From the NCBI GenBank assembly GCA_002633005.1, contig NMRA01000415.1:221161-285160 (forward strand): DNA of 64,000 nt, in the 5' to 3' direction. Source of the stretch: Phoronis australis (taxonomy: Eukaryota > Animalia > Phoronida). The notes under the pieces are model-generated. The model worked only from the letters and a program-made list of their open reading frames with translations, was not told where the DNA came from and did not search any database. Position numbers and translations under genes: made by a program. This document shows positions 51,101-62,589 of this stretch, in pieces. Numbering within the stretch: position 1 is the stretch's first letter; every line of letters starts with the position of its first letter.

Positions 51101-54100
51101 ACTTTGAATGATGGCTTAACTGATCATTTAGAATTCATCATTCTTGACGCACCTTCGTTTCCAAGCCGCCATTTTACCCGACGAACAACCCGTTGCTGAG
51201 TAAAAGTTATTGTTTGTTAGTCCACATTACGCAAGGAGGCAGAGCTTGGGATAGGTTAATTGTTAGACAGTTTGGTACAACATTTGTTGTTGTAAAATGA
51301 AATTTTAATTGCAGAATTTTGGCCATAGTTTAATGTAATGTTATTGCACCTTACTGGTCATTATTTTTCCTTGGACTTGACAAGCGAGTAATAGCAATTT
51401 CGAGAAAGTGCATGATGCAACAACTGAGAGATTTTGTCGGACTTTAGCGAGAACTGACACGGGATCTAGCTGAAAGGAAATAGATATTTAGTCACGGATT
51501 TATGCGTTGTAACTTTGTGTAATTTTTGGCATGGTCCTTTTTATCTTGTTCATTTTTTAAACTGTAAGTGCCTCTTGAAATTCACAAATAAGAACTTCGT
51601 ATATATTTTATGTTTCAGCTTCGGAGTAAAGGAATGGACGTACCAAAGCTTGTTTTGGCTGAAGAAGAGCATCCTGATTTATTTAACGAACTTCAGAGGT
51701 CAGTATATGTGCTGTTGTGTATGCATGCAGATGTGGGTGTGCTAATTTTACCCTTCATATGGGAATGGCTACGATAAAGCAGAAAGGCTTCTTTGAGACG
51801 TCGATTAAAATTGCCAATGGCTGAAGGCCAGGTTCCAGAATATAGTCTATGCACTGGAAACTCTACTAAAAAATCGGCCCTTTACAGGTCACGCTTCGAG
51901 TAAACAAGAAAATTTTGTACGCAAATTATGCAGGGTAATTGGTTCAATTATGAGTCAGAATCTGTTACCTGATGCGTTTTGTGTTTCTCATTGCTTCTTG
52001 TTGAAAGTTTGAAAGTGTATCGTCTTTTCTATTGCAGCTACAAGATTAAGGGATTTTCAGAAGACAGTCGTGTGAAGTCGAAAATAACAGTTTACAAACT
52101 CGCTAAGTATGTGACGATTTGGTATTAAATTCAACTCAAATAATTGTAGCTTATTTTCAATGATGATAGTTATTGCCTTCAGTTGTCAAGCGGCTGTCAA
52201 GATGCCTGCAATTGGATTATGAGAGTACGGATTTGGAATGGCTGGCCAACTCAACAAAATTGGCCAACAATAGAGATGGGGTTTGACCTCATCTTTTCAT
52301 TTGATGACGGCCTGGATGGCTTAAGATACTCCTTTTTAACATTATTTAGACTGAACTTCACCTCTCTCTGCTTCTGTTTCCTGTTAATAAGTCGTAACGG
52401 TAACATGGTGCAGAGTGGCGCACAGTTTGTCTTCACTCATGCATTGTTCAGTTGTCAAATTTGCTTGCATGCAACGATTCTTTGTTGATACTGAAATGTG
52501 CGTCGTATATAAATGCGTTACCCTCCTGTCTGTGGATCGTTCGATGTTGTCGTAATTTTCCCGTTATTTTTTCTAGCCTTATGATCTCTAATTATTTTTT
52601 GTTTGTTTTGACAATTTGTAAAAGGGTGCCATTGTTGGGTGTCAAGTAAATAACAGAATCGTATGTGCCCTTTGTGACATTTTTATGACCCTAAAATATC
52701 AATTCTATCTATTGTAATGATCGTAATTCCACTTTTAGCAGGGACAACTTACTGTAGTTTTCAAAAAAGTTGATGGCAGTAAATATTTCTTTTCGGCGAA
52801 CTTGTTTGCTAATTTTCAATAACGTAGACTTAGTAAATTTTTGTATGCTTTCCTCCTGGGGTTTTGCCAAATCCAGGTGAACTTCAATTGGTGGATTTCG
52901 TTGACATTTTATGATTTTTTGTAGAATTTTTAATAATGAAGTCACAGTCTGTTCGATCGTGTCTAAATAGTTCTCGCAATTCTGCCTTTTTCAGTATCCC
53001 AGACATTCTGACAGCCTTTGACTGCACGTCACACTCCCTGATTCAAGCCATCAGGAAGGAAGTGACCTCGTTTGACCCCTCGGACACTTACTGGACGGTA
53101 GGTTTGATGCAGCTAGTCAGAATGCAAAATTAATTCTAACCACTTTAATACTATGACACCAGTACCATTGAAAATTTATCGCAAGCGTTCCGGCACTATC
53201 CTGTGTCATAGTTTAGGGCATGTGCACGCGCATACAAACATTATTTTATTTCTACTCGAGACATTGTCAGTAGAAACAACACACTTGTGTTAGATTGACA
53301 ATGCAGAGAAACAACCACTCAAAGCATCGGAGTCAAAACGAGATGAAGTGAAACAATTTGGGGGGGAATCTAGGCCAGTCTTGTAACTTTGTTATTCAAA
53401 GAAATGAAAGGCAATTTTCATCTGATACCGTTTGCTTGAAAATTTGTTGATGTTGCTCCCCGGGTAAAATGTTGGCTTTTTAACTGACTTAAACAGCTTA
53501 TGAAGGAGTCAGATATCTGCAGGCGCTACTGAATGTGCGCCTTCTTTTTGCATTGTTCTCACTGTGGAAGATTGCTACAACAGTAAAATGTACAAGACAA
53601 AAGTATTCGGACATAAACACCTGGAATTCCCCGTCATGACGGTTAGGCGGATGCTGAATTCATCAAAGTGGTCTTCCCTGGTGACCCAGAATAAAGGGGA
53701 ATTAACAGGGAATTCCATATGGTGGCTTAACCAATTTGAAGTTAGCATTCTGACCCTGTAATAGTTATTAACAGTGATTTTTGCTGCTAACAGATTTGGG
53801 CGTCACTACAGGAAAATGATATTTTGTCTGATTACTTTTTTCTGCATGTTTCACCAGTGTTGACATATCCAGCTATGCACTATACAAAATTGACCCATTG
53901 TTTCTAAGGCCTGCTGTTATTTGAGTTGACTGCAACCTCAGATGCTCCACCTGGTGTCTCAAGCCTTGTTCACTGATGGAAGGAAAATGTTGGTACTGGG
54001 CCAAATTTGTTGAAGAACAATTTTTGCCATTCTGTATTTGGAATGTTACCATCCTTGTCAGTTTTTCTGTTAACTGCATGTAACAGAGCAAGTCTCCACT

Positions 54101-57100
54101 GAACATCAAAAATGTGTATTTCACCTCACCAGGCATACGTTTCAGTTCAGTTACACATGATAACGATCAATTTTCATGTAGGCAAAGGAAGGAAACACCC
54201 TTCTCCTAAGCCTGTCGCTAGCGAAGTGCCCGACACATACAGTCGCGCCCACATGCCCACGTAACAAAGGCACACTGAGACGCAACGAAGACATTAGCAT
54301 AAGAATAACTGAACATTTGCAACTAAAAAAGAATAACAATAAGCGTTACTAACGTCCCGTCACATGCATTAATTGTCACCTTGTGGAAACTGCATTTTGT
54401 GTGATTACTTTTGTGTTGTACTGTGTTTGTTATGTGTTTCCAGGGTGCAGAACGTTCAACATCTTCAACTGGGGACAGGCGTGTACTGAGTGACCTTGAA
54501 CACCAACTGGCCGCACTTCAGACTGAGAGGTGAGATAGTCTTGTGTGATTGATCAGGTTGTCTCTTTTCCACGTGAAGGTGTTCAAAGCCAAACTACAGT
54601 ACAGCCACTGGATTATTAGACTCTCTCCGGTGTCTCTCTGGTCTAGCCACCCGTGGCCGTAACCGGAGACAGACCGGAGAGTGAGACGTGAATCAACCTT
54701 GACAGCTGGCGTGAGCCTAAGCTTGACTGTGAGCTGAGCTGAACTGAGCTTACCGTGAGTTAGGCGTGAACGAAGCGCGGGCCAGCCGTGAGCTAGATAA
54801 AGAATCTTAACACGCGTGTACATGGCGGAATTATTCAATTGCCATCACGATATGAAGGAGCATAGCATGTCAATTCTGAGCACATTGATCCCAAGTTTCG
54901 GCATCATGCGGAGAAAACTGATCACGCCCATGCATTTGACGAGTCAAACAGATGACCGCTATTATTGTTTTAGTGAGGAATTACCCCGGGGATACCGTGT
55001 ACTCAGTCGAAACGCTTGTACTACGGGGAGAGGGCTACAAATAATTGAACTGCACTACGGATTGAGGACTTTTAAGTCAAAGCATTTGCTTGCAGTAAGG
55101 GATGAGTATGTCAGAAGGGCGGCCTATTGAAATTTTCTGTACTCCAGTACGGTGCAAAATACACAATACTTCACAAGATGCGTAGGCTATTTTTATGGCG
55201 AATAACTATATCCACCTGTGACAAGTTTCAAGGAGTCCACAGCCATGTAAAGATGACTCTGGACACAGAGTCGCGTTCATTCGTATTTACTAACCGTGGT
55301 TACTGTACATGTATGTCGTTGATGGGACTTGCTCTTAAGTCGTAAATTGAACATGTACATGTAAGTGTAACACAAGACGAGCTGAAGGAAGACGTTTTGT
55401 ATGAACAACACGTGGAGTTACAGAGTTCGTCGGAACCCAAGTGTGATAGATGACTGCTTGCAAAGATACTCTATATCATACTAATAATGTCTTTGCAACT
55501 TGACCGAAAAGACAGGCAATCAAGACGTTACATGTATTTTTACTGGTTAGCCCGGTGCCCGACCATGGTTACGACAGCTACCAAAGGCGTGAAGAAAGCG
55601 TGAGGTAAGCGTTAATGAGGCGTGAGAAAGGCGTTAATTAAACCGGAGGTAAGCGTGAGGACTACCCGGAGAGTAGGCGTGAAGCGACCGTGACTGATTT
55701 CTGTCACGCCTGCGTTCCGGTTGCGCTTTGGTGTGGCCAGGCGTGAGGTAGCCCGGACGAAGTCTGAAAATTAAGTGGCTGTACTGTACCTCTCGTGTCA
55801 GACAAAAGGTGGTCCTTTGTGGCCAAAACTGCTGGCAGCTTTGCAGAAAAGCGTTGAATGTTATGAACTTCGGATGTTGAAACTGGATTAATTGAATGAG
55901 ATTGTGTGAGCACATTGCAGGTTCACAGCTAGACTTGTTTATTAATTGAATAGTAATTCATTCAGGTGGCTATAATTAAGCAATAATTTCCTAAATAAAA
56001 TTGGCACGTCTTGGGCAATGCACATTGTTTCCACCTTTACAAGAAAAAATATCGAGTAATTGAGATTTTGTGCAGAAAGAATGTAAAGAAATTCATTTTT
56101 TCCTATTTTTTGTAGAGGTTTTACCTAGTATTTTCTCCTGTTATTTATTATAATAATGGAAAATTTACCATTTTGCTCTGTTTTGAAGGTATATAACTTA
56201 CTGTAAGTGTTAAACATTCTCTGTCCGTAGACATAGTATCCTGAATGAGCTGATTAAAGACTCTCAGGCAGTGAGTGTAGATCAGCTCTACCTGGTGGAG
56301 AACCAGATCAAGACGGTGAAGGCGAAGATGAGTGAACTGTCCGTGAAGTTGGGTAAGACTCCACGACACCGTACTAACATGCAAGTGTGGTGGGGTGTTG
56401 CCTATTGATAAAGTGGGTCTGGGCTGCGCCTTATTTTGAAACCCGCGTCCCGCATTCTTTTTAAAACGAGTGCCCAAATCAATTTCAGCCAAGTTCTATA
56501 TCTTTTTTTGCAAAAGCTGCTCATAGGCAAGCAGGGTTTTGAACACGGCGACTTGCCAAGATCAGTTGTGATTTTCAGAAACAAAATTAATTTGAACAAT
56601 TGTAGTGTCGCATATTAGCTCCCAAACATTTATATTTCAGAGGCATGTTTTTACCCAGCGCTAATTCTAAATTGGGCCCGATTTATAATCTGGGCAGTTT
56701 TGCAGGTCCGGTGTTGACATGCTGTTGAGCGTGGCCTCATAATCGAGTAAGACACGTTATATCAGCGAACTTGAGAAGCCATGTTTTTTAATTTACAACT
56801 AGCGACATCTTTACGCACGCTAATAAACTATATCAACACTTGCTAATAACAGAAATGCCACTCATGACTTTTAACTCTTGGAACGCATCTATTTATTAAT
56901 TTCCGTGCCTTTTATTAATTAACATTCAGTTAGCAATTATAGTCCATAGACTATTCAGTTAAACTGTGAATTGCGGACAGAGATGTTCTTTCAATTAGTC
57001 TTGATTTACCACCTTCGGTGCCTATTCGAGACCCAGTGCTTATTCGAGACCGGTGGTAATATGAAAGACTATGTTATTTGAACATTCAGCTATTTACCCT

Positions 57101-58308
57101 TCACTGATGGAGTTGAGCTCAGGTTTGGTATGAAATGGCTTTGGCGACAAAGAAGTTTTGTTTGAATCCGTAACGAAAGAAACCATAACAATTTTACTTC
57201 TTGCCAGAAATGTTTCATATGCTGTATATTCTACCTGTTCTTCTGTTTCTGGTAATGTTTCTTTTAAATAAATTGAAACTGAGACCGGCAAGAGATCTTT
57301 TATTTGATATACTGCTGCTTGAATATGGAACTCTCTTAGCCAAGAAATTAAATGGGTTCGATTCAATTAATACTTTCAAACGTAATATTAAAAAGTGGCT
57401 GTAATTTACTTAACCTTTTTATACCCTACCTGTCGTTATCATGCCATTTTTTTCCATTGTCATAAATATTCTCACTATTTAGAATCATCTATTTATTTAT
57501 TTCATCTCTCTTAGTTAAATTTTCGCCATTCTTCGTCTTTTATTAAAAAAATATTGTCTTAATTCTCAACCTGTTTTATTTATATCTTTGTTACGTATAT
57601 TTAATTGTTGTTTTATCACTTAATTGTATTATATTACTGTTTTTTGTTGAGGGCCCTCTTGCAAAGCAGTGCTATCACTGAAGAGGCCACCCTCATTTTA
57701 ATTATAACAATAAATATACATGTATAAGCAATGTCTAATCCCGTTCATTTCTACTATAACTCTGGAAACGCTGGGTCTCTGCATTTGATTAGAAGCAAGC
57801 AATTCATTGCTTTGAATCACATAATTTTACAGGTGTGCCATCTAGTGTCGGTCCTGTGAAGCCTCCACCAAGAACTAATGTAGTCACCCCCATGTCACAT
57901 ACTGTAGCAGACTCCACAGTGGCACACAGGCCCTCTAGAGACCGACCAGATGCCGGCTTAGAGTCATTGGTCAATGCCAACATGAAGTTGCTGCATCAGT
58001 CTGGATCTAGCCAGTTAGATTCTGACTTACTCTCATCCTTGTTGAGTGTGAATGGACTGAGCCAATCAGAGACCAGCTTACAAGCCCCATTGGTGAGCCA
58101 GGCTGGTGTTCCCATGGTGATGCCTGTGTATCAGATGCCCCATCCAATGTTGTATCAGAGGTCAGTCAACATGCCTCATCTTGTCGCCCCGCCAGTGTGT
58201 GGTGCCAGCCTATTCTCAAATCTCCCTTCGGCCATTCAGAGTTATCGAGCCAGAGGTCGGGGCCAGCCCAACTTAATGGGTTCCACCCCGCAAGGCCAGT
58301 GGCAATAA
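15272..58308 (+). CDS. TDRD5: Tudor domain-containing protein 5-like (tejas/TDRD5): 4 LOTUS/OST-HTH, extended Tudor, extra C-terminal globular domain, coiled coil, low-complexity tail; about 1082 aa
   Basis: Phase-consistent GT-AG exons: 15272-15944, 16723-16799, 18522-18729, 19138-19310, 20421-20526, 21051-21121, 22095-22306, 23131-23278, 24036-24097, 26717-26786, 29343-29426, 30051-30179, 46557-46630, 47130-47240, 48107-48221, 51619-51698, 52038-52106, 52995-53097, 54444-54529, 56231-56352, 57833-58308 (sum 3249 nt, divisible by 3). LOTUS signature VRSLLISAQHGL...LPFRKLGF...LVSRQK. Tudor signature IPCDAV...VSNIISPS...WHRVII...FVDYGN...FLHLPAQAI...LCDTSSETDIHIN. Exons 1-12 are secure; linkage of exons 13-21 across the 16-kb intron is inferred from frame continuity only. 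Confidence 0.85.
22095..30179 (+). CDS. TDRD5: TDRD5-like exons 7-12: extended Tudor domain
   Basis: Spliced reading FDVFVSNIISPSRIWLQ...GQVCVAIFPEDENWHRVIISG...VEVLFVDYGN...KFLHLPAQAIGARLSNIGP...WSLQA...LCDTS. Confidence 0.9.
24432..26487 (+). other. Second copy of 22257-24430 (part of exon 7, exon 8 at 25196-25343, exon 9 at 26093-26154); probable uncollapsed allele
   Basis: Starts mid-exon immediately after the single n at 24431. Coding differences are all synonymous and the introns differ by SNPs and indels. Confidence 0.85.
27031..28133 (+). mobile_element. Non-autonomous Helentron-type element (HINE / DINE-1-like), copy 1
   Basis: 5' subTIR atgcgcccaca with an adjacent inverted copy, a (gtcc)n / (ggcgtcc)n microsatellite, central tandem repeats of about 150 bp, 3' subTIR tgtgggcgcat (28099-28109) and a terminal stem-loop caacgc-tcc-gcgttg. 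Confidence 0.8.
29633..29860 (+). mobile_element. tRNA-derived SINE, degenerate copy
   Basis: Aligns by eye to the reverse complement of 39055-39289 and 44610-44812 (gaggcagtgcggcctagtgg ... ccaggtgatcagttcaataggcccac). Confidence 0.6.
31486..34755 (-). CDS. TRIM-NHL E3 ligase A (RING, B-box1, B-box2, coiled coil, NHL repeats), nested antisense in TDRD5-like intron 12; about 629 aa
   Basis: Main exon 33369-31486 after a ttttacag acceptor. RING CTLCHKGLHQPCTLNCFHAFCNTC...CPTC, B-boxes CDCC...CIQCQEYLC...H and CTLH...CTTCQQSICQQC...HTDH, NHL repeat GEGQLRIPEAVCTDARGDVLVADRANNRVQ. Likely start micro-exon ATGCAG|gtgagg at 34755-34750. Minus-strand AATAAA at 31328-31333. Confidence 0.9.
37268..41801 (+). 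CDS. TRIM-NHL E3 ligase B (RING, B-box1, B-box2, coiled coil, NHL repeats), nested on the same strand in TDRD5-like intron 12; about 676 aa
   Basis: Exons 37268-37511, 38197-38486, 39899-40154 and 40561-41801, with consistent phases 1, 0, 1. RING CSQC...LPCLHSFCLSC...CPKC; NHL GQFNGPCGIVADSENHLIVADSGNSRI. Probable non-coding exon ending at 36567 (cag|gtaagt). AATAAA at 42146-42151. Confidence 0.92.
39055..39289 (-). mobile_element. tRNA-derived SINE
   Basis: Minus strand reads gcagtgtggcctggttg (A-box-like) and ggttcgagtccc (B box), followed by a non-tRNA body shared with two other copies. Confidence 0.75.
42345..44530 (+). mobile_element. HINE / DINE-1-like element, copy 2, with an expanded central tandem array (about 150-bp monomers in a 3-monomer, about 445-bp higher-order repeat)
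   Basis: Same termini as 27031-28133 (atgctcccaca...tatgtggtcgcat; tgtgggcgcat at 44495-44505 then gcgttgctcttgt). About four higher-order units lie between 42480 and 44260. Confidence 0.8.
44610..44812 (-). mobile_element. tRNA-derived SINE, third copy
   Basis: Near-colinear with 39055-39289 (tagcagtgtg.cc...ggactcg.accca.acctcgagt.aagaaagc...aggccacac). Confidence 0.72.
46557..58308 (+). CDS. TDRD5: TDRD5-like exons 13-21: linker, winged-helix-like domain, coiled coil, P/Q/M-rich tail
   Basis: Nine short GT-AG exons join without stops. The three differences between the two copies of exon 15 are all synonymous, which supports coding status. Confidence 0.7.
49228..49554. mobile_element. One end of a Tc1/mariner-type MITE, present in only one of the two duplicated copies
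   Basis: Subterminal tandem aaagtcgggg...gggcg(c/g)ttaac units ending in gattacgg-ta. Absent at the equivalent position (about 47360) of the other copy. Truncated at the n at 49227. Confidence 0.6.
49556..51413 (+). other. Second copy of about 47362-49226, including exon 15 (50295-50409); probable uncollapsed allele
   Basis: The first copy ends exactly at the n at 49227. Exon differences TAT/TAC, TCC/TCT and GCT/GCC are all synonymous. Confidence 0.85.
53590..53995 (-). repeat. Diverged inverted copy of TDRD5-like exon 14 plus downstream intron (about 47110-47550)
   Basis: Minus strand translates SEQGLRHQVEHLRLQSTQ versus exon 14 NEQDLSHQLEHLRLQSTP. Intronic similarity continues (gacaaaat.tcat.ttcctgt.gtga.gcccaa; ttaattcccctt.attctgg.tca.cagg.agac.actttgatg). 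Confidence 0.8.
54597..55786. mobile_element. Non-autonomous TIR element (MITE, TA target duplication, Tc1/mariner-like), about 1190 bp
   Basis: ta|cagtacagccact ... agtggctgtactg|ta: perfect 13-bp TIRs with TA on both sides, subterminal gcgtgag repeats and no transposase ORF. Confidence 0.8.
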
Positions 58309-61300
58309 TAACAGTTGTATGTAGCTGTGTGGTCTATTTTGAGATTGACACGAAAAAACTATCATGGTGTTCTTAGCGATATACAACCTTGGTTTAGTGA
58401 CAGTAAACATTTTGAACACTTTATGTGACATCTTACTTTCGCAACTTAAAGCGACATTTCGTCATCTTTAGTTGGCTAAAAGTGAAAATGGATTTACATG
58501 TAGGTCTTTTGTCTCAATTCATTGGTCTCATATTTCTCATCTATATAGGATTACATTTTCGTTATCACATCGAAATTATTAGGCTTTAGAGTTTATTGGT
58601 ATCGGCTTACGCTAAGATTGTGAATCTGAAAATGGGGCATAAACAAGTAGTCACCATTTTAAAAGTGAGCCTCTTTATATATTTAAAAAAATGCATTCTG
58701 CGCTTAATCACAGCACAAAGTGTGATTTTTTCGCAAGCCACGTTATATTTATGTCTCAAATGCATTGTTTTTTAAACCAAAAATGAGGATCACTATTAAA
58801 ATGGCGACAGCGTGAGTAAGGTATTGCTTGTGACTTAAGTTGAGAACAGAAATGGAATCATACCATGGCAAGGAACCTTATGGGAGTAAATACCTAAATT
58901 GGTTTTTTAGCCCGCTGAACCCAGCTAAATGAAATCTTAAAGAAGTGAAGAAGAATTGACCAAAAAAAATTCCAACCACTCTAAATATCGCAATGTTGTG
59001 TCTGTGATGCATAAATTTTTGAGGCAATGTTTCTTCAGGTTTCAGTATTATGAGAAAAGATCTCTCACTATCTTTGGTTATTGTTAGACGAACAGCTTCC
59101 GTTTTAGTTTGGTGAAATCTTTAAGTCAACATGCAGAGAACAAAATACGCTTATTTTTTGTAGACAAGCGGCATTTAAGCAATGCTTTATCGCTTCAAGT
59201 TTCGTATTATAAGTACGTTTGGAAAAAGTGGGTGCATTCACATCTATTAAAAAAAGCCTATGAAATATGTTTCAATATAGTGAAGTTTTGTTTGGAAAGG
59301 ACATGGGCATTCTGAACAATGAAAGAAGTATGTGAAATATGAAAATGGTCTATTTTGGCAATAAATTTCTTTTGTCTGAAATTTGCAACTGTTTGAAAAG
59401 AATGAGTGTATTCAGAACAATCGAAAAAGTGGGTGAAATGTGAAAATGGAGAATTTTGGCAATAACTTTTCGGTCTGAAATTGGAAAGACCTAACCACGT
59501 TCTAATTGATTATGCCACGTTTTTTCCTGTTGTTTAATTCTACATGACGTTGCGTTATTGTTTTTGTACCCAGGGTCTATCTTTGAATAGCGATTTGACA
59601 CTATGCTCCACACAATTATTTCTGAAAAATGATTAAAAAGTCTCACTCGGTCAAAAGTGCAAAGTCTCTGAACATATGCAGATTACTGCCAGTTAGTGAG
59701 ATGAATTTCTTCAAAATTTTCTGGACTGAGATGCACTCGTATATACTGGGTTGGGCATTTATTCCACCACTGTGAAATTGGAGCCCAAGATCAATTTTCT
59801 GTCTTAAGTCCAAAGCCACTTTTAAGAAACAGACAGCTGATGTTTATGGTAGTGTAGTATAAAGATTCGTTTTTAGAGCGCAAGAGAAAAGTTTCACCAA
59901 ATGTGCTGAATTTTAATCATTTTGGCGAAAGCAAACTGTTTTACCTTTGGTTAATATTTTAAGTACAAGCTGTGTTAAATTTTGAGCTAAACCTTATTCC
60001 AAAGGTAGATTCAGAGTGTATAAGTAAAGCTGTCCCTAAGTAAACCCATTTTATAAGTGGCAGCTCTTTATGTATTTGTCTGTTTCTTTCTATCATTTTA
60101 GTTGATTAAATAGTGACACTTGACATCTATAGTTTGGTGGCCAGTGCATCACAGGAAATTAAGCAAAGTTAATTCATAAATTTTGCTTACTTTGAAAAAG
60201 TTGATGTCACTAGAGATTTCATATTTAGTGGCTAAATGGTGAACTGCACGTAATATTTTTAAAATTAAGATTTGGAAAAAAAACATTTAGAAGTTGATCC
60301 ACAGGTATTGTGTTTTCTGATATACATGGGCTAGGCAGGGGGAGTGGGTCACCCTTCGAAGCATGGAACAACCAGTTAAGGGGTACCACAAATATTTCAA
60401 ATATTTCTGAAGTCTATACCTGACAATGACCATTAACACAATGGTTTTGCTGAAGGTCTTACTAGGTAACCTTCAGCCATTCTTCTCCGCTCAAGTCTTA
60501 ATATTTGCTCCTGAGGACTTGTGATAGCAGTTTTATATTAAGATAAATTTGATAAACTGTTTGACTTAGTTCATTTGATACTTCCAATTATCAAATGGCA
60601 TTTAGATTTTTTAAAATGTTTAGTGTTTTATTAAACTTCGTCCAGATTTTTGATTGGAGATTAAGACGAAATTAAGGACTATTACCAATAGACTACAAGT
60701 TAGGTGTTGCTAGTGATTATAGCCAATTGTTCTTCATGTCATGTTTAGACAACCGATTTCTTCAAACTGTGGTCACAGAAATGCTATTATTATGGCGGAG
60801 TTTGTTGCTAAGTATCGTGATTTTCTGTGTAAGTGAGAACTTCGCTTCTCTTTGCCATAAATGTTTTCTAGTCCTGTATTTGGTTACATCATATTATTTT
60901 TTGTTTCTAAAATATATTTTGTTATATAAGACTCATGTTTTTTTGTTTGCAACTGCTCTGCAGCCCAGGAAAGTATAGTCTTGATTTCGGGCGGCTTAAA
61001 CTTTTGCAACTTATCAGTGGATTGTGTACATGTATTGGAAACCAGCGCAAGATACAGGAGTACATGTACTTCGTCACTATATCGACCTTTTTAGTGATAG
61101 CATATCACAGAGCGTAGGTTTTCGAGACCTCTTTTTTAATTCAGAATAAAGCAAGCATCACGCAGACGATCGTCAGCTCGGTAAAGCAATCGTCTGCTCT
61201 GTGAAGTGATCGGCTGCTCGGTGAAGCAACTGTCACTCAGGTTCCATTTTCTTTAAAAACTGAAGTAAATTTTCTTCATTGCACAGTGGAGCGTACGACG

Positions 61301-62589
61301 GAAACGGAGTCGTAGTGCGCAGCGCCACTGCCGGTGACCTGGCATATCGCGGGAAAGCCTATACTTAACCATAGTTCCGTTACGAATAAGCCGTGTTCCG
61401 AATTTGACACTTGAAATTGGATCTGAGCCCCCCCCCCAAACACTAAAACTGCACACATTTAAACGTTGTTTCATCCGTATAATTTTAATTACCGGGGTTA
61501 ATTAATAAACTAAACATTTCCCTACGCTCTTGCTGTTTCATTTTTTTGCGACAGCTAAGGGGGGGCCCTAAATCCGCCTATGTTATTGTATGCTTCTACT
61601 TTTGTCGTGGCCAAACAATTGCAGATCCCGATGAGACCTCTCCGGTTGAAAAGTCTTTGTGTAGAAGACGTCACTCGCTATCCGTGAAAAGGTCAATGTA
61701 GAGCACTGCAACTGGGTTAGATTCCTTAGACTCAGCTATCTCGCGATTGGAGTTAATGTGGTAACGTGCAGTGTACATGTATGGCTTTCTCGCCAAGCAT
61801 TTTTGCGAGATTCTCACATCTAGGTGATTATAGCTATGTTGTGCTTAGTCGAACATTGATACGTTAATTCTTTTCAAGTGAAATCCGTTCAGATGAAAAT
61901 GCTCATATTTTGTGTGCCTAGTTAGGCCCGTTAGCCTGCATTCAAAACGATGGTTTTTTAAAATAAAAATGCTGGGGTGATTTGCGTACAGATGATCTCG
62001 CCTATACGCTTCATTGATAGGCACAGGTCGGTCTCTACTGGGTATGGGCGTTGCCTGAAGCTGGACGTTATTATGTGTCGTCTGTCCATGCCTAGTGCTT
62101 TTTAGTTGCTTCTTACTTGTCGGAGAGCAACGTATTCAAGCGACTATAAGTCCGCGCATGTACATGTATCTCAATTCGGAATCAATCCCAACTGTTGTTA
62201 GCAAAAGGTCCATAACGTCTGGAATTCGAGCCCCCCATTTTGAAGGCTGGGTGCGCGCGCATGCGTATATACTAGCGTTTCCGCCCAAGTGCGCGCATTT
62301 TCTGGATACATGTTGAGTTAGCCGTGGCGCTTGAAATGGACATCCTAAAAAGAAACGTGAATTAAGCGTGGCGCGTTTTGTACCCTCTTGAACAGAAATA
62401 ACAAAGCAAGAAATGCGTAATGTGTATATCAAAATAAAATTCGTCTACAGAAACGTAAATATCTTTCAAAACGTTGTCGGCGTTTCATATATTTGCAAAG
62501 AACTCATTAAGAAAGTTGTATGTCGTAATTTAATCAGCAATTATTTAAGTAGACTTAATTCGTGTCCTGTCCCGTCTTCACTCGTTTCG

